This document shows positions 1 through 13,800 of a stretch of DNA of 64,000 bases, piece by piece. The position numbers and the translations under genes were made by a program. Where the stretch lies: the NCBI RefSeq assembly GCF_036321535.1, contig NC_087438.1, forward strand, positions 12,216,001 to 12,280,000, written 5' to 3'. Position 1 is the first letter of the stretch. Each line of letters opens with the position of its first letter. This DNA is from Camelus dromedarius (Eukaryota). Below the pieces are notes generated by a model that made no database searches, was not told where the DNA came from, and saw nothing but the letters and a program-made list of their open reading frames with translations.

Positions 1-194
1 CCAATACCAGCAAAGAGCAGGAAACAGGTCCTCCCCTAGAGGCTCCAGAAAGGAACCCTGTCCTGCTTACACCTGGATTTTAGTCTGGTGAGATCCCTTC
101 CAACTGTTCACCTACAAAGCTGCAAGAAAATTCACTTCTGTTAAGTTGGCACAGTTATGGTAATCTGTTATGCCAGCAAAAGAAAACTAACACA
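1..194 (+). mobile_element. MaLR (MLT1-type) LTR 3' part
   Basis: Typical MLT1 text: cccctagaggctccagaaaggaac...acacctggattttag...tatggtaatctgttat...gaaaactaacaca. Confidence 0.75.
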
Positions 195-2366
195 GCACCT
201 GTGTTATGTATCATTTTTTTCTCTCTTTTAATAATAGGGACAAGCATCACTCAGAGCCAGGATCAAAGGTGAAAAAGCTGCGCTTCTCTGACAGGTGGTG
301 GTTTTGTCTTGATGGGGCAGTGTCTGACAGCTACTGGCACCCACTCAAATCACTTCAGCAGTGATAAGATAACCCAGGTGGCTGCTTTATGGAGAATAAT
401 ACAATTATCCAGGTCCCAAAAGGAAGGTATGTACAGGTCTAATTAATTAAACTGAGTTGCAAATTGGATGTACAAAAATCCTATGTTTTTCCTGCAGAGG
501 GGAGGAAAAAGACATTCATTCCAGGAAAAAGGACCAAGATCCTATTCATGGTTTATTGGGCAATTTAGCTGTCAGGTTTAAACATCACTATCCTGAAAAG
601 GGGAGGTGGGGAGCTTTTTAAGCCTCTGTCTTTTAAACCCCTTGGATAATTTTTTCCCCCTAATTCACCTACTTTTTCTTGACTATTAAATGTGTAACAA
701 GAACTTGCATCTAAAGACAGAAGAGTATAAGTTCTGAAATATTCACCTATAAGAGCCATGTACCAATGGAGAAATTTTAAATCTAGCTTCACCTTTATCA
801 TCAACTAGGTTCTTTCTAATACACATGGAATTTGTTTTACTATTATTATCGGAGAACTACCAGGTGCCTGGCACTGTCCTTGGCTCAGGGAAGACAAACT
901 GAGCAAGGAAACTGCTGTGTGCACAAAGTTCCATGGTGGTGCCAAATACTTGATACCAAAGGCACAGGCACGGTACATGGTTACCTGGACACCTGCGTCA
1001 TGGGGGTCCCACGGGAAGGAGGAGACACAAGTCACCTTCGAGGAGATTTTTGAGATGGGAACAGAGAAGTAAGTACACGTTAATTCTGTGGCCCAGGCAC
1101 AAGTAGACTAGATGGCCACTTTCACATCAGCACGTGTGACCGCTACCTTTTCTGAGAATCATACAGAAAACACTGTCATTGAAGCACTGAGTGTGAAGCA
1201 AGCTCCGCCAGTCAAAGGACTAGAACGGGACGAATTTCCCAAGACGAGGCTGCCTGAAAACATCTGGCAAATACCAGGTCAATCCAGCCAAAATGACGCT
1301 TTCACAATATAAAAAGAAAGCATATAAGTGTACCTTTTTTTTTTTTTTTTTAAAGCTGGGGAGAATGTAGCATTAAACCCAGAAATACCTAATTCCTCCT
1401 CTTTCCCCATCCTCCTCGTCTGGTCTAAGGGCAGGTAAATTAGAAGAACCTCAGTACTAAGAGTGCCTTGAGTCTCACCTGCTAGCTCTACCGCATAAGG
1501 CTGATACAATTATTCATCTTAGTTACAAGCATATTGGCCAAATTAAATGTTAACTGCTAAGGAACAGAAATTACTAAAAGATCAAGGGTTTTTCCAACAT
1601 CAAAATTTGGAGTTTTTAAAAAAACCTGAATGTAAACTTGACAATAAAAACAAACATGTGTAAGCAGCTGCCCAGTTTTCTATAAAGATCTGCAAACAGG
1701 CAGATGAAAAGATAAAATCTGCAGATCATTTTTTGACCAGTAATTTAAGTACTTTAATGTCAAAAAGTGATTATTATAGAAGTGATTTTTGAAGATCACT
1801 TTCATAACATAGGTACCGTCACACTTCATGGAAGTGGAGAGAAAACGTGTGGCTGCCTCGGCGGGACAGGGCTCCCATCAAAACAGCAACCCCACAAATG
1901 AGGTGGGCTCTCCTGATTCCAGATAGCCCCTTAGATGGGCTCCAGAACCAGAAAAAAAGGGAAAACTCATGAAAGGAGAAAAATCAAGAAAGCAAAAATA
2001 GCTTAAACTCAGGTCTGCCTACTTGCAAATCCACATTCCCCATGTCACCCCCAGCCCTTAATTGAGGAAGTCAAACCATTCCGCGTGATTTCTTCATGTA
2101 ACAGAACACTTATGAACAGGATGCACTTACACAAAGAAAGAGGCCAAATCACGCATCGACAGAAAGTCGTCCCCCACTAATAAAGTCAAGGCAGTAAGCA
2201 CAAGAATGATTTATGGAACCACGTCTCTAATTTAACGGAACACCTGAAAATGTAGCTTTCCTCAGATTCACCAGAGGTTGTCAAGAGGAAATCCTCTCTG
2301 AAAACACAAATACACCTTCATTCAAACCAGAGGGGTTTTTTTTAAGGGAGTTAAAGGGGAACTTAC

Positions 2367-2525
2367 GTAGATCTGATTTCTCCTGTATCGCTGGTACAAG
2401 TTGTGCATGATGGCGCCCCCGTGGAGCTCGGTCAAGGTGGCCATGTCATCCACACCCTCCTCATCCATGGGGTGCATGGCTGTCACCTTCTGGTGTGTGA
2501 TTGTGCTCTGCTTGTAAGTGAACAC
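2367..2525 (-). CDS. MYO10: Myosin-X coding exon 3 (159 nt, phase 0/0): VFTYKQSTITHQKVTAMHPMDEEGVDDMATLTELHGGAIMHNLYQRYRRNQIY, start of motor domain
   Basis: Contains the myosin head-start motif (GVDDMxxLxxL...IMxNLxxRY...IY) and continues in frame from exon 2. Pyrimidine tract plus CAG acceptor at 2526-2528 and GTAAGT donor at 2361-2366 (minus strand). Confidence 0.97.
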
Positions 2526-5500
2526 CTGATTGGGGTGGGGAGGGGAATGAATTCAACTGTTTAGTTATCAGCAAAGAACAGTTTCCACAGACGTTTCCCC
2601 AACTTATAATACAATCCCAGTATAATTTCAGTAACAGGATCCTGAATCCGTCAGTAAAACACAGACTGCAGAGAACTCTATTACTTCCTTCCTGCCACCT
2701 ACCTATTTTTAAATTATTCTGACAGCTGCTATTAGATATTCCTAAATGGCAAGTTCAAGTACTAACCATCCTTTGGGAATTGCAGAAATTATACATTTAC
2801 AGTTCATGTCTCTCCCACTGATCTGAAGCAGTAACAATTAAGAGACTGGCTCTCCAAGCTTTCAGAAAGTAATCTGATTTCACTCCATAATGTTTCACAT
2901 AGGATTGTATGATGTATTTCAAAGCTTCCTAACAAAGCTCTTCATTCTAATAAGTGTTACATAAATTCACCATATAGTCTGTATATTTTCTCAGAGATGG
3001 GAACACATCTTCTCAGGAATGCCTGAAAAATATCCTTGGACACGATCCCTCCTCAGTCGTGAATATACAGCATTCACGTGATTGTTAAGCAAGACATATC
3101 CTCTCAGATTTAAAATACAATCAGTTTGTCGGCCTGACAGCCTGTCTTCCTTATAATTTATCCCAACACCAGTGACAGCCCTGCATGCATGCTGTAGCAT
3201 GTATAGCACACAACTCTCGTATTATTGTAAGACTGGTTACTGAACTCGCGTGTATTTCTAAAATCTACCCAGGGCTCTTTTATCACCACCGATTGGGTAG
3301 AGGATTAACCACGTCAGCACCATCTGTTGGCCAGTTTGACCAGCTCTACAAAACTGTGCATGACACTATCAGTCAATTATGGAAGCTATTCCATATTTCT
3401 TCATGGTACACTTTTGCTATAGTCACCCTTAAAACAGATTAAAAACACCAAGATGTAAAAGCAAGATGTAAACAACACGAAAGATGTCCAGTCTTCACAA
3501 GCACATATATTCGCATGTGCACACACACCCAAAACAACTTTCTGGAAGAGTGTTTGCAGACTGGGGGACTCTATTTTTAAACAGTGACCGGTTGCCTACA
3601 TGGCAGCAAATGGTATGTTATTGCAAAAGGGAATGACACACTAAGAAAAGCAAAAGTACCAATCCAATGGTTTCCATAAGCCATGAAAAGTGGCACGTTT
3701 TATTTTTCTGGAGACAAAATGAAAACTTCCGCAGGGGCATCTTTGCCACAGGAACCACAAGAGTTGGTCAAAACCAGTACTGAGAAACTGCTTGAGGCCA
3801 GGGCAGACACCAACCCTCTCTTGTGAGGTCCAGCCAGTTTCCCCAGCTGCTTCCTGGGCCCAGACATCCACCGGGAGATGTGGCAGCCCCAGCAGCCCCA
3901 CCTCATGGCGAGGTGGCTACCCAGCCACGTAAGCACCCCACAGGGCAGGACAGGCTGGGGCGGCTGAGGGAATGCAAGGTGGGGCCAATCCAGGCAGGTG
4001 TTCCAGAAACACAACTGAGCAGGGTACTTGCGTCTTCCATCTACAGCCACTGTGAGGCTGGGGCCGGAGCAGAACCCATCCCACCTGGCTGCACTCTGGC
4101 CAGCAGAGGGGTGCACATGGTGTTGTGTCCCCCTCTGTCCCCAGCACACCCAGAGGGTCTCCTCAATCCACCTGCTCAGTACTCCTGCCAACACGAGGGC
4201 AGGGTGGTCACATGGGTTCCCCAGGAAATACTCTGGTAGGAAAGTCAGCGCAACGGTCTCTTGTTTAAGCTCCTGAAGACCCACCAACAGCAAGTCCTTC
4301 CCAACGTGAACATTTTTTCTACTTTTTATAGAAATATTGTCTGAGTATACTGAGAATTCCAGAATTTGAGAACAGATTTAATTTAGAAGATTAAAACTGC
4401 TGTTTGCATTTATACTGAATCTTATTTTTTCCTGGAAATGACCCTACACACCCTACAAAACTTAGACACTAAAAGATATACGTATAATGAATATTACATC
4501 GTATGTAAACATTTCCTTGTCTTTTTTAGTGCCCTGGAAACAGCTAGACAATGTGTGAGCCTAAGTAAACAGCTCAGAGCTGGACTCATGAACACTGAAA
4601 AAAACGGCTATAAACTGTGAATTGAGTTCCCCACATTTGTACATTCGACCTCTCTGTATGTTTTCAGGTGCACACTGTGTGTCAGAGGTGGGCACGTGGC
4701 CATATTCCAGGAGTAGGAAAATCAAGAGAACTAGAACTTCCTTCTCAAGAGCTCGGAGAGACAGAATCATGATGGAAGAGTTACATAAACAAAACAAGAG
4801 GCTGTGAACAGGACAGAGAGATACATTATGCCAAGACAGAGGACTGGAGCTGCTCAAAGCAATGATTATCTCAAAGTGAGAGAACAGAGAAAATGTGTTT
4901 ATGAAAGAAAGGCAGGGAGAGCCATCCATCAGAAATGGGTTAATATCTGTAAAGATTTTAGAGTGGTGCCTGGCACAGTGATACCTGATAAATTGATGAT
5001 GAAAATCCATCCATTCAAGCAAATATTTACTATTGTGTTCTAAGCACTGGGAATATAGCTTACATTCCAATACCGGGAAGGAAAAAACACAAATATACAA
5101 TATCATGCAGATGGTGATGAATGTCCGTGAAGACATAAATGCAGTAAGTACCAAGAGGGGTTCCTTTATACTAAGTGTTCGAGGACAGCCTCACTGAAAA
5201 GGTTAACATCAAAGTAGAAGCCTCAAGGAAGTAAGGAATGGAACCAGCCCCCTGCATTGTGTGTTAAAGCATACTGGTTAAATAAACACCTAACCTGGAA
5301 ATATCTCAGAGGCTTAATCATTCCGCAATCATATTTAAGATTTTTTACGGCAAGCCCCCTTGGACGATCAGAAGTCATTTCTATGCAACAATGAACAGGA
5401 TTAATATAGTTGCACAAGACTATCCCCAAACAGCAAAAAAGAAAATTCTAGGTTTAAAGAATGGAATTCATTTTACAGGAATTTGGGGGGAACAGACAAC

Positions 5501-6140
5501 AGCCAAAAGACTAACAAACTGAATTCCTCAAAACCCAACTCAAAATAAACTGGGTTACTTCAGTGGGGCATGTGCTCAAAGACAGGTGGTAAGGTTAAGA
5601 AATGGAGCAAAATATAGAAGATTAATAGACAGGAAATCAGTTTAGAGAAAGCGGGGCCTCAGAACAAACAGCTCCTGTTAGAGAAATACAAGCCACCGGT
5701 CACAAGATGGACTGGATTAAGTGTGGGAGCGGAACAAAGGAAACCAATCAACACCATTAAAGAAACAGCTCAGAGGAGGCTTGCCTGACCCTGGGTCCAC
5801 TTCTGTAAGAAAAAAGGAGAAGTCCTGAAGACAATTAATTAGATAAAAAACAGCTGGGCCATTACCAATCCCCTTTTATCTTCATCTGATGATAGTTCGA
5901 CTACTGCAGGAAGCCACCGTCACACTTACGTGAGTGTCTGCAGTGCAGAGTGACAGACACACAGATTCCCCTTAGGAAAACGGGACATTTGTTAGGAACC
6001 CATAAAAATCTAACTTTTCTGATTGAAGAGAAAGAAAGAAAGAAAATAAAAAACTATCATATCCTCTCTTGATGGACAGATGAGACAGAAGGTGTTCTCA
6101 GCGTGGGCAACTTCATCTCATACAAGCCTGGAATTTCTTC

Positions 6141-6331
6141 CAGAAGTTCTCAATTTTGCCCCCCAGGGTACAGTTAGCAAGGGTTGTAAACATTTTTGGT
6201 TGTCATGACTGTAGGGGAGGGGGAAGTGTGCCACTGACATCAAGTCAGCAAAAGCCAAGAATGCTGCCATTCTTGAAGGCCAAAGAATTATCCAGGCCAA
6301 ACATGAGGCGTGCCAAGGTTGGGATACCCCG
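6141..6331. mobile_element. MER20-like hAT-Charlie DNA transposon remnant
   Basis: attttgccccccaggg...catttttggttgtcatgact...aaagaattatccaggcc...gtgccaaggttggga resembles the MER20 consensus. Confidence 0.75.
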
Positions 6332-7294
6332 GTCTAGAAATGCCCTGACTGGCGTGCCATCCAACCAAAGGCCTAGGCAGATGCTAGAAAAAAAATGATG
6401 ACAGTCAGCCAATGCCTATAAGCAAAACCTTTTCATGAAACAAAGACAAGTCGTTCAGAAATAATTTAAAATTAAAAATATTGACTAGAGGTTAATCAAA
6501 GGTCAGCATGACAATGTTAGGAAGTTTAGTTTCTGATTCTTATTTGACCCAAGTTAGGAAGGGCGATGGTGACGAGGATAATGAAGATGATGATGACCAG
6601 GCGATGGGGTTGGCTAATGCTTGTTACTGTTTCCTGATCGCACTGTATTATGGTCAAACATGGTCCATGCTATTCCCACTCTGTCTCCCTGGCCAGGCTT
6701 CCTGTACCCACTGTTTCATGTCTGGGCCACTGACACCCCACTGCTCCCCTCCTTGATGTCTCAGCCCCAATGTCACCCTCTCAGGAGGCACCAGTGGTCT
6801 TGTCTAAAGGACACCTCGCTGCCTTCCTCCTAAGTCTATCACATGGGCTGTCTTCATAGCTCCTTAGGACAGGTTTGTAATCACGTATCTATTACCTTCC
6901 TTATTTAAAAACCATCTCACCCCTAACACTGGAACTTCTGGGCAATACATTTCAACTCTTTGGACCACAACCTGCAGTGAGAAATGTGTTTTACACTGTA
7001 AACTACTAGACATACAGTTTCCTGAGAGTTTCCTAAAACACTTAGCACAATGTTCGGTGCATCCCAATATTTTCTACTTAGGTGCCAACTGTGGCCCTCT
7101 AAACTGACTTCACACCTCACTCCTGTGGGCTGCAAAAACCACAGTTTGAGAACACTATCAGGGCAGCAAGCATGCCTATCTGGATCCTCAGTGCCCAGCC
7201 TTGACCCACTATTCAGACTCAAATACTGAACTGATGGTCCTGGCCTTCAAAATGGGAGCAGCCTACAAGGAGAGGCAGAGCCAGGGGTCATGAT

Positions 7295-7470
7295 CAAAAC
7301 ATGGCCTTAGGGTCAGATCCGGCTGGACTCACTTCTCCTAGATCTATGCTTTCATAGCGCAGGGACAATGAACAAGACACTTAACTTCCCTGGCCCATTA
7401 CTTTTCTAGTGATAAAATAAGAATGATGCTGTAACACCTAACTCATAGAATGACTGTGAAAACTGAAGAA
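7295..7470 (+). mobile_element. MIR SINE remnant
   Basis: Degenerate MIR core: aacaagacacttaacttccctgg...gataaaataagaatgatg...acctaactcatagaatgactgtga. Confidence 0.55.
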
Positions 7471-10349
7471 AATCATGTAGGTACGAGTCATGGCAATTGA
7501 CACCAGTGAGGGCTCAATATAAGCAATTCCGACGAGGGGTTCATAATGCCAACATCGTGGAACATTCTTGAAGGAAAGAATCAAGAGTCTTAGAGATGGA
7601 GGAGCCCCCACTCCTTAGATAAGGCCTGTACACCAGCTGTGCAGGAGGAGAAGGAGCCAAGAGGGAGGGGTGGCTCATTCAGGTCTACGTTTTTTTTACG
7701 ATGATCCTGACCAGTGTGGTATCCAATGAAAAACTACTTGATACAACACTTTCTTCTATTTTAATCCCTCTGCACAAAGCTGGCTGGGCTAGTTTAGATT
7801 TTCCCTGGAATTCTACATGGTTGGGGGGGGGATGCCTCTCTTTAATTTACTTTCCATCTTTTGTTTACTGGCTCTTGAATTAAAGCATGACCAACGAGAG
7901 AGGTTAAGACTTTTGCCTCCTGACCTGTGGCTAAAATGATCACGTAAACCAAGCTCCAGCTTCCTCACATTAAGGTTCACGGACTCCAACTCTCAATGCC
8001 TATAATCTTAGTCATAGAAGGAAACCAGCCACTTAACTGAAATTCTGCCTCGGCCTGTTTTGCCACTGCCCCAGGAGGCTGGAGAAAGTATGTGGGATAC
8101 AGAAATGCAAAGCCCGCTTGGAAGTTCCACTGGAATCTAATCAAAAGCAAAATGATCCACGTCTCCTCTCCCAGGGTGCAGGGGAAAAATGCAACGGTGC
8201 TTTGCTTTCAGCTTCAATTCGTCAGAGTAAGTACATCTTAATTACATGGCACCGGGGGTTTAAAATGACCTCTCTGTAAATAAATATTCTGTTACTTGAA
8301 CCTCCCTCCTTGAGTTTGTGAGATAACTGACTTCTAAGTACAGATGAAACAAAGATTATTTTCTTTTAACTCAAACGAGTTGTGAGATTAAGTCATTTCA
8401 ACGGTCAGCGGGTTTTCAATGCCCATGGCATTTGGGGGCAAAACCAAAATAACCAAGAGGGGCGGGCAGAGGGCACTGGTACTTATTGAGTGCTGACTGC
8501 ATGCATCAGGCACATCTGATCCTCAGAAAGGGAAGAAACACTGCTGCTCATTTTTTAAAGAATGAATTTAAAAAAATTCAGAGGAGTTAGGAAACCAACC
8601 CAACAGCACACAGCACAGCTAGCATTCAAATTGAGATCATGGAAAAGGTGCCTCCCACCTTAGCAGGACTCTAGTTCAGAGGTGGCCTTTTGAATTCCAG
8701 CTCCACCAGCCCCTGGCTCACTCAGAGGAGTAAAAGGTTAAGAACCCCTACCCTGCAAAGGAGAGCAGGGGCGGAGGCAGGTGGGGGAAGCACACGGTGC
8801 ACTGCCTTCCCAGCGTGCTCAGTTTAATCTCTCTCTTATTCCATGATTTTTCATTTACTGACTCTCTCCAGTTCCCTGGGTCATTCGTGCCAGGCTGTGA
8901 GCTGGGCCCCAGGAATACACCGATGAATTAAGCCTCCTCCCCCCACCACCACTTCAAAGAGCTTACTGACCACTGAGGGATCAGAAAAATAAACAGGCAA
9001 TCCTAATCATATGGTGGGGGTTGAAATGAGGAAAGTCCCAGGGTGTGATGGGAACTATGAGGGATGGACCACGGCCAGGGAAGAGCAGATATAAAGTCGG
9101 GATGCAGCACAGGGCATCCGCTCAGTGGAAGGTGGCTAGGCAGGGTGTGGGAGGCTCTGCGTCCTGCAGGGCACTTGGCCTCTGACCTAAGCACGAGGAC
9201 CGCGGAAGCAGCCAAGTGGCAGAGGGAGACACTTCTACCTATTGATCATCACAGACAAGTCAGTATCAAACACGACACCAAGACTGTTTCTCATGAGATG
9301 AGACAACAAAGAAGAAATCTCACTACAAAATGCAATTCAATGAGACCAGCTTTCTAGAAACTTCACAGGAAAGCAATGTCTGAATCACGGCTAGGAGTGA
9401 TCACTACAAACATTGTCCCCCAGATGGAGGGTGTTTTCTGCTCTCAGGTGCACAGATAACATCGCCAAAAGCATCAGTGATTATATGAACAACCCAGCAA
9501 GGACAGCAGTCTCCGGCAGTCACTAAATCTTAACCACTGAGTCCAGATCTTTTCTGAAGACACTGCAGAGCGTACAGGCAGAAGGATTAAAAGGCCAAGG
9601 AGCCTGAAACACCCAAGCCTGAAACACTGAAGCTAATCTGTGGACACACATCTGCCCACGGACTTAGAGCCCGGCCACACAACCAGCAAAGCTAAGCCGG
9701 CAGTGCTAAATGCAACTCAGTCACTTGTACCCGCAACTGCCCGTCAACCAAGAAGGCCCGGAGGATACAGTGGCCCTGCCCTCTCCCCATAGTGAACCTC
9801 AGAGACAAAAGGTAACAGTCACAGTGAGCTGGCACAGTTGGAAGGAATGGCTAACACACACACACACACACACACAGGAACATACTAGAGTATTGGCATA
9901 TTAAGGAAAGTAAGATCTCAAATCAGAATTTATGTGCAACATTAGGAATTGTGATTTTAGAGAATTGTGTGCTGATTTCTTTTAAATGCTATATATTACT
10001 TTTCTATCTGTAAGAGAAAATTTTAGGAAAATCTGCTGTGCAAAGAAAATCATACGTGTTGCTCCACCTGTGCTCAAATACATCTTCTAAAGCTTTCTCG
10101 TTGTTCACAGCACTACACGGGCCAACTCCACCCAGAAAAGGACCATGTTCATGCTTAAGGCAGTCTTTCCACATGGAAGAACTCAGTGTTAAGAAAATGA
10201 TGACTATATACTAATGTTTTCTCACTATAGAGTTATACTAAGGTAAATTTATGATGAAATTATACTCTGCACACACACAATATAATCCTAGGTTTATTTT
10301 TTTTAATACACACAAGTGCAAGCACACAGATACACACATATGCCCGCAC

Positions 10350-10805
10350 ACCAGCAACTGTACCTTGGGCATTTGTTCTAAATAAACAAAAATTTACATT
10401 TGCACAAAAACTTGCACATGTACGTTCACAGTAGCTTTATTTGTAATAGGCAAAAGCCGAAAGAGTCAATCCCAGGTTACATGCCGTATGATTCCATTTA
10501 TACAGTATTCTTGAAATGACCCAATTATAGCAAATGAAGGCCAGATTGGTGTTGCTGGAGGCTGGGGTGGGGAGGGGACAGTTAAGGTGTGTGGCTATAA
10601 AAGGGCATCACACTGGATCCTTGTGCAGACGGGAAGGTCCTGTGTCTCCATTCCATCTGTGTGATACCCTGGTTGGGATACTGTGGTCCAGTTTTGCAAG
10701 ATGTTATCATCGAGGGAAACCAGGTAAAGGGTATGTGGGGTCTTTCTGTTACAAATGCATATGGATCAACAATGATCTTAAAACAAAAAGCTTAATTAAA
10801 AAAAG
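10350..10805 (+). mobile_element. Old L1M (L1MC/MD-like) 3' fragment
   Basis: cacaaaaacttgcacatg...gctttatttgtaatag...tatgattccatttatacagtattcttgaaatgac...agattggtgttgc. Confidence 0.65.
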
Positions 10806-13800
10806 AGCTTTAAAATACATGTATGCAAAAAGCCTTGAAGAGAATGTATCAGAACTCCAATAATGTGGTCATTTTTTTAAAATACTTTCCTATGACTCCT
10901 CTGTTTTCTAAAAATTTTAAATATTTCTAGGCTTAAAGAGAAATCAGTCCAATCAAGGTCACTATCAATGAACATATCTGGATACACATAATTCAATTAA
11001 TCTTTTAAAAATGAGTATTGTGGAACTGCTTTCGAAAAATGAAACAAAATGAAATAATAAAGCTCCCCCAAGAGTCACCAGCTATTAGAAACAGAAAGGG
11101 CTTCTCTAACCCACTGGTGTTAAGCATAGTCAATTTCAGCCCAGAGACACCCTAAGCAGCAAGATACCGGGATGGGGAGAAAGCCCAGAAGCCCCAGTTC
11201 CTGGCCCCATGCTCCTGAGAGAAATGGTCCACGGGTTCTTGCTTCTGAGGGTCCTTTACTTCTGCTGATGTCCTGGTCCTCGTTCTAATTTAAGAGCCCC
11301 TTTCCAATTCCTCTTTTCCCAGTTACGAGCCCAGACCCTCATAGCATGAACTTAAACTCTGCCATTACAAATCTCCATTCCTATAAATCAGAACCACCCT
11401 GATATTTCAAAAGCATCTCAAAACAAACAAACAAAAAAAAACCCCAGAACAAAAACAGGCCTCCTCCACATCTTGTCCTCACCCAGTGCCCATTTCCCCA
11501 TCCTTTACTCAGGTATGACACCTTCATTACCAGCTCGCCAAGCGAGAAACCAAAGTCAACCTAACATTCCCCCTTCTGCCAGCCACCACGCCCACCTTCC
11601 AAGTTCCTGCACTGAAGTGACCGACACCACCTCGAACCCATCTTCTGTCTACTTCCTTCTCCCGCCTTGGCTGTCGCTCACCACTCACATCTGGACCCGA
11701 CAACTGCTTCCTAACTAGTTTCTCTGCCTCCAGGGTCCCATGGCATGAATCCAATGGTTCTCAAATCAGAGGCCAAGAAACAATTTGAGTTTTAATTTTA
11801 TATGATGAAAAAAAGCTTTTTTTTTTAAAAACTAGTTTTAATGACAAATTTTCCTGGCCTTGGACAACTTAGAATTGAAAGAAACTTTCAGAGATGAAAC
11901 TTTGGCTTCTTTGTTTGATGTTTCCCCAACTGGAGATTGATTAAGGTCTTGAAGGGGACGCCACTCAAGTCTGCCTAGCACAGACTCAGATGGATCTGAA
12001 CCATCTGGCCGAGTCATCTCAACCTGGGCCAGTTACTCTGCTTTCTAACCCTCAGTTTCATCATCTACAAAACTGGGATGATACTAATAGAGGAAGGAGA
12101 AAGATAACACACAGTTCTTGGTACTGAGTAAGCCAACTCCAGTATTTCCATTGTTAGTTGAGTGACTGTTATCGGTGATGTAATCTGATCATGCCCTGAT
12201 TGAAATTCTTTCTCAGTTGGTTCCCAATCACTTCCAAGATAAAGAATTATCTTCTAACTGTGGTTTCCCCACAATATCTCTCCTCAGGGGCCCCTGCTGC
12301 TTCTGCCACCAAGCTGACTCCAGCCCTATCCATCTCTCGCCCCCTCGCCCACCCCTCCCTGCGTTCCACGCTGCAGTGAACTCCCTGGGGTCCGTACTGC
12401 ACTCCTCTGGGTCACCCCCTTCCCAGTCTCAGCCGCCATGCCCAGCCTGAGTACCCTACTCTCACAGCACCTTGGACAGAACCCTCTCCTATCACCACAT
12501 TATATTGGAATCTCCTCTTTCTGATCTCTGCCTAAGAACCAGGCATGGGGAGCAAAACTTTCAGCTCCTGAGTGGACGCGGCTGATTTCCCAGGGCATCA
12601 TGATGAGGATCTGGGGTTATAGATGGGCCGGTGGGAAGCAGGGCAAACTGTCATGTCTACAGCAGTCAGGAGTGAGCTGCCATCCTTGTACTGGACCAGG
12701 ACCGTGTCTTGTGAAATCTCTGGGTCCTCACGGCCTAGTGAAACGTCTGCACTCATGGCTGCTTTCAGTCCGCTACAAGGAGGAGCACAGCTGCCCTTCC
12801 CGGCGCTGAGATCATAGAATGGGGCCCTTGCCTTTGTCCCCTACAACCAAACTCCAAACGCTGAGTTGTAAATGAACATTTTTCATTACTGGTTGTCTTG
12901 AAACTGCCTTCAACTGAATAATATGACAGTAATTTCTTGGCTGCTCTTAAGTGAAATGAAAAAGACATAGCTGAGCCAAATATGTCTTGGAGTTTTAAAA
13001 CAGAGTCAAAATCAATTTTATGAATCCTAGCTTTAAGCCCTCTGTTGCATGCCACTCATTTTGAAGTGTCAAGTAAGAATTAAGAGATACCATGCAAAGT
13101 AGTTATTAATCCAGTGAACAAAAATAGAATCGGAATGAGTCCAGATTCTAGACTGAAACCAGAGTCATTTTTGGCTGTTAGTTTGGTCAAATAGCTACAA
13201 AGGGGCAAGAGGTCAGCTTGGCGCAAGCTGACGGTACAAGAACCAGGAGAAAACACACCATCCAGAAGATAATAGGAAAGGAAAGCCTGGAACACAGGAG
13301 AGTGAGCTCCCACACTTCCCCTGTGTGCCAACCCCACCCCCACTGCCAAGGAAATCTCTAGAAATGTCAGGAAAATACTACTCGAGTTACTAGAAGCATT
13401 AGGAGGAGTCAGATGGCTGGAAAGAGAAAACACTGAAAAAACACAGGTCACTAATGAAGATCACAAAGATCTCTTTTAAAATGCATAATTAATTAAAAAA
13501 AATAGTATTACGTACTGAGATCAGTTTTCCGAGTACATGGACCATGAAGTGAATAAGGGGTTAAAAAGAATACTGCTGGCTTGTTTACCTCTGAAAAGTG
13601 TCAACAAGCAGTTGTTTCTTTGTAAATGTCTGTGAATGCAAAGGGTATGAAAGTCCTGCGCACCTTCTGCTGAAAATTTGGTCTAAATATCTACAAGCCA
13701 GAGCACCTGAGGTTTAGAGAAAATGATGGGAATCCGGTTGAAGGCTTCACCTTAAGAACAAAGATTATGGCGGGTTAAACCTGGCCATGTGTTCGTCAGT

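Noticed and set aside
4097..4114. CTCF-like motif tggccagcagaggggtgc
   Set aside because: It misses the conserved GGC at the 3' end of the core, and a single partial match in 64 kb is expected by chance.
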